60,854 nt of DNA from contig JAZRPF010000007.1 in assembly GCA_045649045.1 (NCBI GenBank), forward strand, positions 1 to 60,854, given 5' to 3'. This DNA comes from Eubacteriales bacterium. GTDB taxonomy: Bacteria; Bacillota; Clostridia; Oscillospirales; CAG-272. Below are positions 29,983 to 39,531 of this stretch, piece by piece (position 1 is the first letter of the stretch; every line of letters starts with the position of its first letter). The notes under the pieces were generated by a model. That model did no database searches. It saw only the letters and a program-made list of their open reading frames with translations, and was not told where the DNA came from. Made by a program: the position numbers and the translations under genes.

Positions 29983-31542
29983 ATGGAAAACAAAACTGCA
30001 ATTATCATCGGTGCAGGCCCTGCGGGACTTACCGCCGCGTATCAGCTTCTGAAGGAGACCGATATCAAGCCCATCATACTTGAAGAGAGCGAATTTATCG
30101 GAGGCATCTCAAGAACGGCAGAATACAAGGGCAATAGAATGGACCTTGGCGGTCACCGCTTCTTCTCGAAGAACGAGGATGTCAACAAGCTCTGGCGCGA
30201 GCTTATCCCTCTTCAGGGCGCACCATCCTATGACGATAAGACTCTCGGCGTGGAAAAGGAGCTTGCCGAAGGCGGTCCCGACCCCGAGACCGAGGACAGA
30301 GTCATGCTCCTTCGTAACAGAATCTCGAGAATACTTTTCCTGCATAAGTTCTTCGATTACCCCATCTCGCTTAAATTTGCCACCTTCAAGAATATGGGAC
30401 TCGGCAGAACCATGAAAGCGGGCTTCGGATATATGAAGTCGGTTGTGTGCAAAAAGGAGGAGGACTCGCTTGAGAACTTCTACATCAACCGCTTCGGCAG
30501 ACCTCTTTATGAGATGTTCTTTGAGGATTACACCGAAAATCTCTGGGGTCGTCACCCTTCCCAGATATCTGCTGATTGGGGCGCACAGAGAGTCAAGGGG
30601 CTTTCCCTCAGCAGTGCCGTCTGGAATGTTATCTCCAAGCCCTTCCGCCCGAAAGATAAGGTCGAGACCTCTCTTATCGAGCAGTATCTCTACCCCAAGA
30701 AAGGCCCAGGTCAGCTCTGGGAATTTCTTGCTGACGACATTAGAAAGCTGGGCGGCGAGATAGTCATGAATACGAAGGTTAAGGGCGTGAAGCTCTCTGC
30801 CGACGGCAAAAGAGTGGAGAGCGTTACCTCCGAGGACGGACGGGAATTCTCCGCAGATATATTCATGTCCACTATGCCTGTCAAGGATCTTGTGGAGGGA
30901 ATGGGCGACAGCGTCCCCGCCGATGTTGCGAGAATAGCGTCGGGACTTCCTTACCGCGATTATATTACCGTCGGTCTTCTTGTCAACAAGTTAAAGCTTC
31001 AAAACAAGACCAAGGTCAAGACACTTACGGGCAATGTGCCTGATTGCTGGATATATGTGCAGGAGCGTCAGGTGAAGCTTGGAAGACTCCAGATTTTCAA
31101 CAACTGGTCGCCTTACATGGTTAAGGACCCTGTGAACACAATGTGGATAGGTCTTGAATACTTCTGTAACGAAGGTGACGAGATGTGGGAGATGTCGGAC
31201 GATGATTTTATCAAGTTCGCCATCGACGAGCTTGCGAGCATCGATGTTATCGACAAGTCCGATGTTCTCGACGCTACCAGAATCAAGGTCAAAAAGGCTT
31301 ATCCTGCCTACTTTGACACCTATGCGGAGTTTGATACCGTCAAGGATTACCTTTCGGATATCGACAATCTTTGGTGTCTTGGCAGAAACGGTCAGCACCG
31401 CTATAACAATATGGACCACTCGATGCTCACCGCTATCGAGGCGGTTAAGGCCATCAAGGCGGGAAGCACCGATAAGACTAACATTTGGAATGTCAACACC
31501 GAGAAGGAATATCACGAAGAAGTCAAATCCGAAAACAAATGA
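29983..31542 (+). CDS. NAD(P)/FAD-dependent oxidoreductase (HemY / UDP-galactopyranose mutase-like fold)
   Basis: [36 protein letters not shown]. Confidence 0.85.
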   Translation: MENKTAIIIGAGPAGLTAAYQLLKETDIKPIILEESEFIGGISRTAEYKGNRMDLGGHRFFSKNEDVNKLWRELIPLQGAPSYDDKTLGVEKELAEGGPDPETEDRVMLLRNRISRILFLHKFFDYPISLKFATFKNMGLGRTMKAGFGYMKSVVCKKEEDSLENFYINRFGRPLYEMFFEDYTENLWGRHPSQISADWGAQRVKGLSLSSAVWNVISKPFRPKDKVETSLIEQYLYPKKGPGQLWEFLADDIRKLGGEIVMNTKVKGVKLSADGKRVESVTSEDGREFSADIFMSTMPVKDLVEGMGDSVPADVARIASGLPYRDYITVGLLVNKLKLQNKTKVKTLTGNVPDCWIYVQERQVKLGRLQIFNNWSPYMVKDPVNTMWIGLEYFCNEGDEMWEMSDDDFIKFAIDELASIDVIDKSDVLDATRIKVKKAYPAYFDTYAEFDTVKDYLSDIDNLWCLGRNGQHRYNNMDHSMLTAIEAVKAIKAGSTDKTNIWNVNTEKEYHEEVKSENK

Positions 31543-31559
31543 TGTTATGAGATATAATT

Positions 31560-33278
31560 ATGGATAAGAGGATAGAAGATAAAAAGTGTATTTTGGATAA
31601 GCTCCAGGCTTTTGCACTTCCGAAGGGCGCGAAGCTAAAGGAGGGAAGACGGGGCATCGCCTATACTGTTTTTGCAGGTTTCATTGCGCTTTTGACTCTC
31701 GTGTGCTTCGGGATTATAGTCGGCTACATTGTAGGGCCTATGGAGGGCTATCTTCATGCCGACTATACCGACACTATATATTGGGCGAATGCCAGCCTTG
31801 AAAGCGGCAAGGTCTTCAACCCCGATTTCAAGTATGCGGCACTGTTGCCCTTTTCGGCAAATCTGTGGTTCATGCCCTTGATAGCTTTCTTCGGCGTGAG
31901 CATGAAGACGCAGGTCATCGGTATGATCGTGTTTATGGTGATCTTCGCCGCATCCATGTATTTTATGTTAAGGAGCTTCGGCTGGAGCATCCCTTGGACA
32001 GGGACAGCGATGATAGTAACCACCCTTCTTATGTCAGGAAGCGACAAGCTTCGCGAGATGATGTGGGGCCATGTTATCTACTACAGCCTTGCCTTAATGC
32101 TCTTCTGTTTCGGTATCGGCGCGGTGAAGCGCCTCTCGGATATGAAGCTTGGACTGAATTTCAAGAGCATTGCGGCGGTTATCCTGACGGTATTGCTGTT
32201 CGTAGGTATTGCCACCGACGGCTTTCAGATAATCGCGCTGGTGACTCTGCCGTGCCTCGGTGCGCTTATAGCCGAATTTATATGCAATAAGAAGAATAAC
32301 CTTGTATCTATGCGGGCAATCAAGGTCTATTCCATCGGCGGAGGCATACTCATCTCAACGCTGATTGGTATGAAGCTCCTTGACGCTTGGAAGGGCGATT
32401 TGAACGCCGATTATACGAATATTTATTCCAAAATCGCGCCTCTTGGAGAGTGGCTGGACAATCTTCTGGAATTCCCCCAAAAGTATCTCTCGCTTATGGG
32501 CGTTGACCATAACGGCTCGATTCCGATTTTCGATGCCGATACCGTGATGATGCTTCTGAAGATGGTGGGGGCTCTCACCTGCCTCGTTTTGCCCATCGTG
32601 CTTCTCTTTAATTATAAAAAGATAGAGGAGAAGGGAACAAAGCTTCTTCTGTGGGGACATATCATTCTCTCGGCAGCAACCATGTTCGGATTCGTCTGCG
32701 GATATCTTTCAGGTGGCGATGCTACCAACTGGAGAATAACCACCATGTCGGGAAGCGGAGTGCTGACATCTGTAGCCACACTTAAATTTTTCATCGACAG
32801 AAGAAAAGAGGATGACGGTATCGTAGGCGCGAGAATCATGGCGTTGCTCACGGCTGGAATCCTGACTGTCTCCTCGGTGAACGCCCTGCAAATTTCAAAA
32901 ATGCCCCAAGACTACGGCAGAGATAATATACTGCACAGACTGACCGATGTTCTTGAGGAAAACGGACTTGAGTACGGCTACGCTACCTTCTGGCGCTCTC
33001 AGGCGATAACCCTGCTTTCAGATTCGAGAGTCAAGACCAGAATGATACTTGCCAATTCGTCGAACGGCATATGGACTGACTATTATCAGAACTGCTACTC
33101 GTGGTATGAGGATGTAGAGGGCGTGGACAGATATTTTGTTCTGCTCAGTGATTCCGAGGACCGCAATGCGTCACAGAACGAAAAGTGGGCGCAATTCAAG
33201 CGGGAAAACGACCATGAGCTGATTGATTTTGAAAGCTATATTATCTATATTTTCGATAGAAATATCGAAATCAATTGA
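31560..33278 (+). CDS. Polytopic membrane protein, probable GT-C glycosyltransferase
   Basis: HAD after the first TM helix; many TM helices; C-terminal GLEYGYATFW. Confidence 0.6.
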   Translation: MDKRIEDKKCILDKLQAFALPKGAKLKEGRRGIAYTVFAGFIALLTLVCFGIIVGYIVGPMEGYLHADYTDTIYWANASLESGKVFNPDFKYAALLPFSANLWFMPLIAFFGVSMKTQVIGMIVFMVIFAASMYFMLRSFGWSIPWTGTAMIVTTLLMSGSDKLREMMWGHVIYYSLALMLFCFGIGAVKRLSDMKLGLNFKSIAAVILTVLLFVGIATDGFQIIALVTLPCLGALIAEFICNKKNNLVSMRAIKVYSIGGGILISTLIGMKLLDAWKGDLNADYTNIYSKIAPLGEWLDNLLEFPQKYLSLMGVDHNGSIPIFDADTVMMLLKMVGALTCLVLPIVLLFNYKKIEEKGTKLLLWGHIILSAATMFGFVCGYLSGGDATNWRITTMSGSGVLTSVATLKFFIDRRKEDDGIVGARIMALLTAGILTVSSVNALQISKMPQDYGRDNILHRLTDVLEENGLEYGYATFWRSQAITLLSDSRVKTRMILANSSNGIWTDYYQNCYSWYEDVEGVDRYFVLLSDSEDRNASQNEKWAQFKRENDHELIDFESYIIYIFDRNIEIN

Positions 33279-33322
33279 ATGGTACAAAGCGCCCGACGGA
33301 GTCTTCTGACCTGCCGAAAAGC

Positions 33323-33360
33323 AAAAGGAGTACGAACAAAAAGGTTCGTACTCCTTTTTA
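33323..33360. terminator. Bidirectional terminator
   Basis: aaaaggagtacgaac…gttcgtactccttttt. Confidence 0.8.
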
Positions 33361-33362
33361 TG

Positions 33363-33620
33363 TTAATCCTCAAGTGCCTCGGGGTCAATTGTCGGCATTT
33401 TCATCATGCGGCGTGGCTCGCGCTTCAAGAGGTCGTAGGAAAAGCGCGTGCAGTGGGCGCCTGGCTTCACATACGCCTTTCGCGCACGGCAAACGAGAAC
33501 TTCACCCGAGGGCGTTTCCTTTTTGAAGGCGTGCTCGCAGTAAAGGCAAGCTTGCTCGTATTCCGAGTCGGGCGAGATTGCTTTCTTCTGATGAAAAAGG
33601 CTCTTGAATGTGAATTCCAT
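33363..33620 (-). CDS. Small Cys-rich hypothetical protein
   Basis: CLYCEH…VC…C..FSYDLLKR; RBS aaggaa. Confidence 0.7.
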   Translation of the reverse strand: MEFTFKSLFHQKKAISPDSEYEQACLYCEHAFKKETPSGEVLVCRARKAYVKPGAHCTRFSYDLLKREPRRMMKMPTIDPEALED

Positions 33621-33656
33621 TTGTGCTTCCTTTCGCGTGACTTCTTTTACTATATT

Positions 33657-34619
33657 TTAACAGATAGGGAAGAGGATTGTCAAGAGAAAAAAGCAAAAGA
33701 GCGTCAAAAGCCCTTGAAGTAATTTTCTTGACAGATAGTGCCGAAAGGAAAGCCCGCCCTCCTTCAAGCAAAGTGCTGTCTGCATTCCTGCCGAAAGACC
33801 GCCAAAGCCAATGGCAAATGCGGCGGTATAAAGTGAAAGAAGATGAGCGCTTTGTAAATGAAGGGAGGCGATTCGACAGGCAGTTGTCACTTCAAAAAAC
33901 GCTGAAATCAAGAGAGAACATGACGAAAAAACGCGGCAGATAATACCGGTCACAAGAGAAAAGAATAGAATGAAGCCTGCAATCGCGAGGCAGGAATAAG
34001 AGGCGCGTCGCACCGCCTCCACAAAGCTTGTAGGGTGAAGAGAAACTTCATTGATGGGTGTTTCTGTCGGCTTTTTTCGTTTGGGGGCAAAAAGCAAAAG
34101 GCAGACGAGGGCGGCAAGAATTTCGGACGCGAAGAAGAGAACGCCGATTTTCACCGAGCCAAAAAGTGCCGCACCGACACCTGCAATCACAAAGGCGGGG
34201 CTTGTTTGATTGCCGTAGGCAGAGAGAAGCTCTGCATCACTCTTTGTGAGAATGCCGCGTGTATAGAGGTCGGTTGCCACTCTTGCACCGACGGGGAAGC
34301 CGCAGATAGAGCCGATGAGGAAAATCGGTGCGGCGGCGGCAGGCAACTTGAAAATGTTTGTAAAAGCGCGGGAAAGCCGACCGTTTATTGATGAAAAATT
34401 GATATGCGATACCAAGAGGTCGGAGAGGACAAGGTGCGGAAAGAGAGCAGGAATGACGGTGTGCGCGACAAGAGAAAGACCGCCTCTGATGTCAGATGCG
34501 CTCTCTTTTGCATTCAAAAGCAGAAAAATCATTGTGCTTAACAGAAGGGGCGGTATCAATTTGCTCTTGATATTCGTCCTTTTTCCCGCGCTTTTAATCA
34601 TATCGGTCATCTTTTTCAC
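33657..34619 (-). CDS. ylbJ: Sporulation integral membrane protein YlbJ-like
   Basis: VIPALFP, ICGFPVGA, SPAFVI; divergent from yqfC-yqfD. Confidence 0.8.
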   Translation of the reverse strand: MKKMTDMIKSAGKRTNIKSKLIPPLLLSTMIFLLLNAKESASDIRGGLSLVAHTVIPALFPHLVLSDLLVSHINFSSINGRLSRAFTNIFKLPAAAAPIFLIGSICGFPVGARVATDLYTRGILTKSDAELLSAYGNQTSPAFVIAGVGAALFGSVKIGVLFFASEILAALVCLLLFAPKRKKPTETPINEVSLHPTSFVEAVRRASYSCLAIAGFILFFSLVTGIICRVFSSCSLLISAFFEVTTACRIASLHLQSAHLLSLYTAAFAIGFGGLSAGMQTALCLKEGGLSFRHYLSRKLLQGLLTLFCFFLLTILFPIC

Positions 34620-34691
34620 TCGCCTTTCATACTTTATTCTATGGGATGGAAAGAAGGAACATGACTGTTTTTTGTATAAAGGAGGCGTACT

Positions 34692-35033
34692 GTGCGTAAA
34701 AAAGCAAAAAAGTCAGAGGCAGAACAGAAGGAAAGCTTACTTGCGAAATTAAGTAAATATACCGATGTTTCGCTTTGTGTTTTTACCGATTTTAAGATTG
34801 AGATTGAACGGACAGGCGAGCAAAGTGAAAAAAGCCTGACAGCCTATGGCTCGTGCGGGATTCGCACGCTGAAGGGGCGCGTGGTTGCTCTTGATTACCG
34901 CGAGGAATATCTGGTGATACGCGGCGCAAGGCTTGACTGTCATGCTTATGCAGACGGCGCGATGAATGTACGAGGCAGGATTTCGTCTGTGTCATTTTGC
35001 AAATGTGAGGACTATCACGATGAGGATACTTGA
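34692..35033 (+). CDS. yqfC: YabP/YqfC family sporulation protein
   Basis: LVIRGARL…VRGRISSVSF; upstream of yqfD. Confidence 0.65.
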   Translation: MRKKAKKSEAEQKESLLAKLSKYTDVSLCVFTDFKIEIERTGEQSEKSLTAYGSCGIRTLKGRVVALDYREEYLVIRGARLDCHAYADGAMNVRGRISSVSFCKCEDYHDEDT

Positions 35034-36231
35034 TTACATATTCGGTTATTGCCGCCTTGATTTTGCGTCAGAGGATGCGACACGCGTTCACAATTTGCTT
35101 TACCGTCTTCATGTGGAGTACAGTGATTACGGCGAGGACGAAAACGGCGGTTATCTTTTTATTCGTGCAAGGCAAAGGGAATATGTGCGCGCCTTTGCCA
35201 CCGAAGAAAAAATCCCTTTACAGTTTGGGCGCATTGAGGGTGTACCACGCATTTTTTTGCGCTATTCCAACCGTTACGGTATGATTTTCGGACTATTTGC
35301 CGCACTGATGATTGTGGTTGCCTCGGGCTTCTTTGCATGGGATGTCCGCGTTGAAGGAAATGAGCGCCTGACCGATGCCGAGGTGATAGAGGCACTTGGA
35401 GAATACGGTGCTGAAATCGGCTGCTTTTTGCCGTCGCTTGACCTTCGCCATGTTGCCAATTCTGTGCTGATAAATTCGGAGGACATCGGATGGATTAGTC
35501 TTTATAGGCGTGGTAATGTCCTTTATGCCAAGGTGCTTGAAAAGGAGGATACGACGGTTAACGACACCTCGCCCCCCGCGCGCGGTAATGCCGCCAATCT
35601 TGTGGCAAAGCATGACGCGGTCATTCTGTCCTATGCATTAGAGAGGGGGCGGCCTGTTCTGCCTTGCGGTGCGGTTGTCAAAAAGGGTGAGATGATTGTG
35701 ACGGGGGTGTTGACAGGGCGTGACGGCACTTCGTTTGTCGAGGCGGCGGGCGCGGTTTATGGGCAGGTGACACATATGCTGACGGTTGAAATTCCCTTTG
35801 AAAACAGCGTAACGCGGGTAGATGGCACGAAAAAACTCAAAAAAGAGATAATTTTTTTCGGAAATCGCATAAAATTTTCGCAGAAAGGTGGAAATTTACC
35901 TACAACTTATGATACAATAGAAAATAAAGAACAAATATCTCTGTTTGGAAGGATTCCGCTCCCCATCTATGTATATACCTCCTATGCGGTTATGACGCAC
36001 GAGGAGAGTGTCACGCTATCAGAACTTGATGCTGTGCGCCTTGCTTACAGGCGTATGAATGCAGAGGAAAGACGGATTCTTTCCGATGCAACCTTAATGA
36101 TGCGTGAGTGTGAGGGGCATTTTGAGGAAGGCGTTTATAAGCTTTCCTGTCACTTGACAGTCAGACAGAACATTGCCGAGCAAATTCCCTTTGAGGTTCA
36201 AAATGACGAAAGAGGGAATCCCAAAAATTAG
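35020..36231 (+). CDS. yqfD: Sporulation protein YqfD
   Basis: WDVRVEGN, ANLVAKHDAVI, VVKKGEMIVTG; synteny with phoH. Confidence 0.85.
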   Translation: MRILDYIFGYCRLDFASEDATRVHNLLYRLHVEYSDYGEDENGGYLFIRARQREYVRAFATEEKIPLQFGRIEGVPRIFLRYSNRYGMIFGLFAALMIVVASGFFAWDVRVEGNERLTDAEVIEALGEYGAEIGCFLPSLDLRHVANSVLINSEDIGWISLYRRGNVLYAKVLEKEDTTVNDTSPPARGNAANLVAKHDAVILSYALERGRPVLPCGAVVKKGEMIVTGVLTGRDGTSFVEAAGAVYGQVTHMLTVEIPFENSVTRVDGTKKLKKEIIFFGNRIKFSQKGGNLPTTYDTIENKEQISLFGRIPLPIYVYTSYAVMTHEESVTLSELDAVRLAYRRMNAEERRILSDATLMMRECEGHFEEGVYKLSCHLTVRQNIAEQIPFEVQNDERGNPKN

Positions 36232-36271
36232 GAAGAAAAGGTGCCGTCTGTGACGGCGGAACGGAGCTTTT

Positions 36272-37288
36272 ATGTCGCAAAAACTTGTCATGACCAATTC
36301 GCATGAGGTCACAGCCGCACTGTTCGGTAACTGCGACGAGAATGTGCGTCGCATTGAAGACATCCTCGGTGTACGCATCAGCAATCGCGGAAGCGGTGAG
36401 GATGGCGGAGATGTTATCATCATTGAGGGTGCTCAAAAGGATGAAGTCGAGCGCGCTGCCTCTATTTTTGAATATCTGAAGCGGATGCTTGGGGCAGGCG
36501 AACGGCTTGATGAGCAGTCGGTTGACTATGTGATAGGTATGATTGCCGACGGCAAGGAGGATGAGCTTTTTACTCTTGATGAGAGTGTCATTTGCATCAC
36601 GACCAAGGGAAAGCCTATCAAGGCAAAAACCGTCGGTCAGCAACGCTATGTGGATGCCATTCGCAAAAATACTGTCGTTCTCGGCATCGGCCCTGCGGGT
36701 ACGGGTAAGACCTTTCTTGCGGTTGCGATGGCGGTTGACGCGCTCCGCAACAAGCAGGTCAATCGCATCATTCTGACGCGTCCCGCGGTAGAGGCAGGCG
36801 AAAAGCTCGGCTTTCTCCCGGGTGATTTGCAGAATAAAATTGATCCGTACCTGCGCCCCCTTCATGATGCGCTTTATGAGATGCTGGGCGCAGAAAACTA
36901 TGCCAAGTATATTGAGAGGAATACCATTGAGATTGCGCCACTTGCCTATATGCGCGGACGCACGCTTGATGATTCCTTCATCATTCTTGACGAGGCACAG
37001 AATACAACCTCCGAGCAGATGAAGATGTTTTTGACAAGACTTGGCTACAATTCCAAGGCGGTCGTGACAGGCGACCCTTCACAGACCGACCTGCCGAGCG
37101 GAAAAAAGAGTGGTCTTGCTGTGGCGGCGAGTATTCTCAAATCAATTGACGGCATTACCGTTCACCGTTTTACCGAGCGTGATGTGGTACGCCACCGCCT
37201 TGTGCAGAAAATCATTCTGGCGTATGAGAAGTATGATAAGGAAAATCCGCCGAAGCCTGACCGCAGTCGCGTGTTTTACAGGCATTAA
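36272..37288 (+). CDS. phoH: PhoH family ATPase
   Basis: GPAGTGKT, LGFLPGDL, YMRGRTL, DEAQN. Confidence 0.96.
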   Translation: MSQKLVMTNSHEVTAALFGNCDENVRRIEDILGVRISNRGSGEDGGDVIIIEGAQKDEVERAASIFEYLKRMLGAGERLDEQSVDYVIGMIADGKEDELFTLDESVICITTKGKPIKAKTVGQQRYVDAIRKNTVVLGIGPAGTGKTFLAVAMAVDALRNKQVNRIILTRPAVEAGEKLGFLPGDLQNKIDPYLRPLHDALYEMLGAENYAKYIERNTIEIAPLAYMRGRTLDDSFIILDEAQNTTSEQMKMFLTRLGYNSKAVVTGDPSQTDLPSGKKSGLAVAASILKSIDGITVHRFTERDVVRHRLVQKIILAYEKYDKENPPKPDRSRVFYRH

Positions 37289-37308
37289 GTACAGAAGAGG
37301 GACAAGCC

Positions 37309-37824
37309 ATGAAAGAGAAGCATTTTGATACTGGACTGCGTATTTATTTCAAGAAAACCAAGGCAGATATACCGCTTGACTATGAGCTTATGCTGCTTGT
37401 ACGGCGCGCAATTCAGGCGGCGCTTGCATATGAGGGTGTTATAAAGGATGCAGAGGTATCCTTCACCTGCTGTACAAATGCATATATCCAAAAGCTGAAC
37501 TGTCAGTATCGGGATAAGGATATGCCGACAGATGTGTTATCCTTTCCGCTTTATGCGGACAGAGAGGAAATTGACACCGAAATCGGAACATTGACGCTCG
37601 GTGATATCGTTGTTTCCTATGAACGCGCCGCCGAGCAGGCGAGCGCGCTTGGACATTCAACCGAAAGGGAGATTGCTTTCCTCGCGATTCATTCGGTTTT
37701 GCACTTGCTTGGTTATGACCACGAGCGCTCAGATGAGGATGATGAAGAAATGTGTCAGAAACAAAGAGAAATATTAGAAAGGCTTTCGCTTCAATTTGAC
37801 TTACAGGGCGAAGGGACAAGATGA
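37309..37824 (+). CDS. ybeY: rRNA maturation RNase YbeY
   Basis: PTDVLSFP, HSVLHLLGYDH. Confidence 0.96.
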   Translation: MKEKHFDTGLRIYFKKTKADIPLDYELMLLVRRAIQAALAYEGVIKDAEVSFTCCTNAYIQKLNCQYRDKDMPTDVLSFPLYADREEIDTEIGTLTLGDIVVSYERAAEQASALGHSTEREIAFLAIHSVLHLLGYDHERSDEDDEEMCQKQREILERLSLQFDLQGEGTR

Positions 37825-38711
37825 TGAAAAGAACTGCTTTTATTGCGATTGTAGGACGCCCGAATGTCGGTAAATCTACACTTTTGAATGCCATCCTCGG
37901 TGAGAAGGTGGCAATTGTATCCAAGCGTCCGCAAACAACACGCAACCGCATTACAGGTATTCATACGACGGGTGATGACCAGTATGTTTTCCTTGATACC
38001 CCCGGTATGCATAAGCCACGCACCAAGCTTGGCAATTTTATGGTGAATGAAACCGGCACAACGCTCGGTGAGGCGGATGCCGCCATTTTGGTCGTGGAGG
38101 CAAGAGAGTCGGTTGGTGATATCGAGGCGCAAATGATGACACAGCTTCGTCAAAAGGGGATACCTGCCATTCTTGTCATCAATAAGGTGGATACGGTATC
38201 GCCTGCCAACATTGCGCGTACCATCAGCGCATACGCCGAGGCATTTGATTTTGATGCGGTTGTGCCGACAACCGCCAAAAGCGGTAAGGGTGTGGAAATT
38301 GTGCTGTCGGAATGCGAGCGCTATCTCGAAGAAAGCGTTTGGTTTTTCCCTGACGATATTGTGACCGACCAGACAGAGCGTCAGCTTGCTTCCGAGATTA
38401 TTCGTGAAAAGCTCTTGCGTGTGCTTGAGGATGAGATTCCGCACGGTACAGCCGTGACCATTGAGGAATTTACAGAGGAAGAGCGCATGGTGCGTATTCG
38501 TGCTGAAATCTTTTGCGAGAGGGCATCTCATAAGGGTATCATCATTGGTAAGCAGGGCGCAACCTTAAAGCAAATCGGCAGCTATGCCCGTGAGGATATG
38601 GAAAAATTCTTTGGTGTCAAGGTTTTTCTTGACCTTTGGGTAAAGGTCAAGGAGAATTGGCGCGACAGCACCTTTAATTTGAATGACTTTGGCTATCGCC
38701 GAGAGGACTGA
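37821..38711 (+). CDS. era: GTPase Era
   Basis: GRPNVGKS, PQTTR, KH-domain KGIIIGKQG. Confidence 0.97.
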   Translation: MMKRTAFIAIVGRPNVGKSTLLNAILGEKVAIVSKRPQTTRNRITGIHTTGDDQYVFLDTPGMHKPRTKLGNFMVNETGTTLGEADAAILVVEARESVGDIEAQMMTQLRQKGIPAILVINKVDTVSPANIARTISAYAEAFDFDAVVPTTAKSGKGVEIVLSECERYLEESVWFFPDDIVTDQTERQLASEIIREKLLRVLEDEIPHGTAVTIEEFTEEERMVRIRAEIFCERASHKGIIIGKQGATLKQIGSYAREDMEKFFGVKVFLDLWVKVKENWRDSTFNLNDFGYRRED

Positions 38712-38730
38712 AAGGGAATAGACAGGCTTT

Positions 38731-39516
38731 ATGCTGATAAAGGTACAAGGTGTCGTGATTCGAAGTCAGGAGCTTGTATCCGACAACCGCTTGATTGATA
38801 TTTACACAAAAGAAAAGGGCGTGCTTACGGCAACGGTGATGTGCCATCGCTCGTCCCGTGCATCGCATATGGCGGCAACCCAGCTTTTTTGCTACGGCGA
38901 ATTTCTCCTGTATTCCAAAGGAGACAGATATTGGGTGCGTGAGGTCATGCTTGAGGATGCGTTTCTTGCCTTGCGTAAGAGCTATCAAAAAATGGCACTT
39001 GCAACCTACTTTTGCGATGTCACCCATGAGGTCGGTACAAATGAGCCTGACATCAATATTTTGCGGCTTTTATTGAACGCGCTCTACGCACTTGCCACAG
39101 GCAATTATCATGAAAAGCTGATTAAGGCGACCTTTGAAATCCGTATGGCGACGATAATCGGCTTTATGCCTGATATGTCCGGTTGTGCCGATTGCGGAGA
39201 AAGTCTCGGCGACACCTTTTATCTTGATGTCATGAACGGACATTTCCTGTGCGCCAAATGCCGCCATCTGCGGACAGCGCTTGTCGCACCGACACCCGCC
39301 GATGCAGATGACCCGCGTGTGCGCACCGTTCTTTCGCTCATGTCGCCGAAGGTGCTTGAAGCTGTGCGCTATGCAATTTCCTGCCCGCTTGAAAGAATTT
39401 TGTCCTTTCGCTTGGATGAGGATGAATGTGCGCTCTTTGCGCGTGTGGCAGAAACCTATCTTTTGAATCATCTTGAGCGCAGCTTCCCGTCGCTTGAAAT
39501 TTATAAATCTTGTTAA
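38731..39516 (+). CDS. recO: DNA repair protein RecO
   Basis: N-terminal OB fold, CADC/CAKC Zn finger, synteny era-recO. Confidence 0.9.
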   Translation: MLIKVQGVVIRSQELVSDNRLIDIYTKEKGVLTATVMCHRSSRASHMAATQLFCYGEFLLYSKGDRYWVREVMLEDAFLALRKSYQKMALATYFCDVTHEVGTNEPDINILRLLLNALYALATGNYHEKLIKATFEIRMATIIGFMPDMSGCADCGESLGDTFYLDVMNGHFLCAKCRHLRTALVAPTPADADDPRVRTVLSLMSPKVLEAVRYAISCPLERILSFRLDEDECALFARVAETYLLNHLERSFPSLEIYKSC

Positions 39517-39531
39517 CAAGGAACTTTTTTC

